This document shows positions 34,762-35,965 of a DNA stretch of 35,965 nucleotides, one piece after another. Source of the DNA: Catajapyx aquilonaris (taxonomy: Eukaryota); assembly GCA_000934665.2 (NCBI GenBank), contig KZ539028.1, positions 1-35,965 on the forward strand, read 5' to 3'. Each line of letters starts with the position of its first letter. Positions within the stretch are counted from its first letter, which is position 1. Both the position numbers and the translations under genes were made by a program. Under the pieces are notes generated by a model. It was not told the DNA's origin and did no database searches. It saw only the letters and a list, made by a program, of their open reading frames with translations.

Positions 34762-35517
34762 TATAACTGGTTTCAGATTCTGCTCACTCAAACAGATCAA
34801 GGTGACTCAGTAGTGTAATTTATTTTGAATTGATGAGTTTCAAAATAGAATCAGTCCATGGCGCATATGAAATGAGAAACTCTAATAAAACACAGGTGTT
34901 CTATTAGAGTTTCTGACATATTCTGAATGTCTTCAGAATATGTCAATATCTTTTAGTAATATTATCAGTTCTTACCAAAACATTTATTATTAACATGCAG
35001 AAGTAGGCATTCTCAGTTGGCCAAAGGTAGTGCCATGTCAAAAGATATACAAGGCATTACTGGAGCTTAAGTGCATTGACTGATTAGGTTCTGAAACTCA
35101 TTCACCTTTTGTTGGTCCAGCACAGGGCTGTAACTAGGGTGGGGCAAAAGTGGCAGCTTCCCCGGGCTCAATCATTAGGGGGGCGCAGTCCAAACAGCCG
35201 AAACTGGTGACAAAATGAAAAAAAGAGAAAACAAAACAGAGAAAAAATAATAATAAATCAAGAAGAAAATAATGTAGGCTAATATTTTCTTGAAAACGTA
35301 ACTCAATATAGAGGGACATAGTAATTGAGAGGGCAAGGGGCCACCCCACCATACCCCAACCCTATAACTGGACACCGAGCGCTGAAAGGACATTCTAGAG
35401 TGCCAAATATGCAGAGTCCATACTCTCTTCAGAAACAAGGTGATAACAATTGCTTTTATAAGTTAGAATCATTGCCATGAAAAACCGAAGCAATGATGGT
35501 TTTAGGTTCCCCTAAAG

Positions 35518-35765
35518 CAGTGCTTCCCAAACTGTGGGTCGTGACCCCAAATGGGGTCGCAAACATAATATTTGGGGTCGCGAGGGAGGGTCACAAATTA
35601 TTTTAACAAAATCATTCTATCTTTCTGGAAAAAATTTCCTGTAAACAAGGAGATGTATTAATTTATCAATGATTGCCATTGACAATGGGGGGAATGTAAT
35701 TGTAAGTCGTGAATTTTATGAGACAATTTTCTGGGGTCCCCAACGAAAAAGATTAGGAAGCACGG
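35518..35765. mobile_element. hAT/Charlie-like MITE, 248 bp
   Basis: 8-bp TSD CCCTAAAG on both sides; TIRs CAGTGCTTCC / GGAAGCACGG; GGGGTCGC subterminal repeats. Confidence 0.9.
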
Positions 35766-35965
35766 CCCTAAAGCACCTTTCATGACCACGTGCAATCCCC
35801 ATGCATTCGAGAATATTTAGGGGAAAGTGCCCATATTTTGACCATGCACCTAATTCTGACTGCCATGCTACGAGGGTGGTTCAATAATTTATCTACCTGA
35901 GTATCAAAATGAACACCTTTATTGAAATCCTCCTAATCATTTTTTAATATAGTCCCCCTTGAGCT

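Overview
Eukaryotic DNA, most likely from an invertebrate animal: it has GT-AG introns including a ~60-72 nt class, tRNA-derived SINEs, many MITEs and one 89-N gap. No prokaryotic operon, CRISPR array or rRNA is present. The core content is a tandemly duplicated pair of + strand genes with six coding exons each (2138-7286, ~549 aa; 18704-21615, ~467 aa), encoding divergent ankyrin-repeat + SOCS-box (ASB-like) proteins, i.e. candidate Elongin B/C-Cullin5 E3 substrate receptors. Both reading frames reconstruct as intact once a hidden 72/68-nt intron is recognised. The paralogs differ by a cluster of amino-acid-changing substitutions in one ankyrin repeat and by a poly-Asp tail found only in copy 1; both have an unusually long, intron-split SOCS box. 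Three linked exons of an unidentified proline-rich gene lie on the - strand at 29870-30517. Most of the rest is non-autonomous transposons (hAT-, Tc1/mariner/pogo- and Kolobok-like MITEs, foldbacks), two SINE families, LINE/RTE fragments, microsatellites and a CpG-rich 92-bp tandem array. All gene models were read by eye from splice signals, phase arithmetic and paralog comparison; no database search was run.
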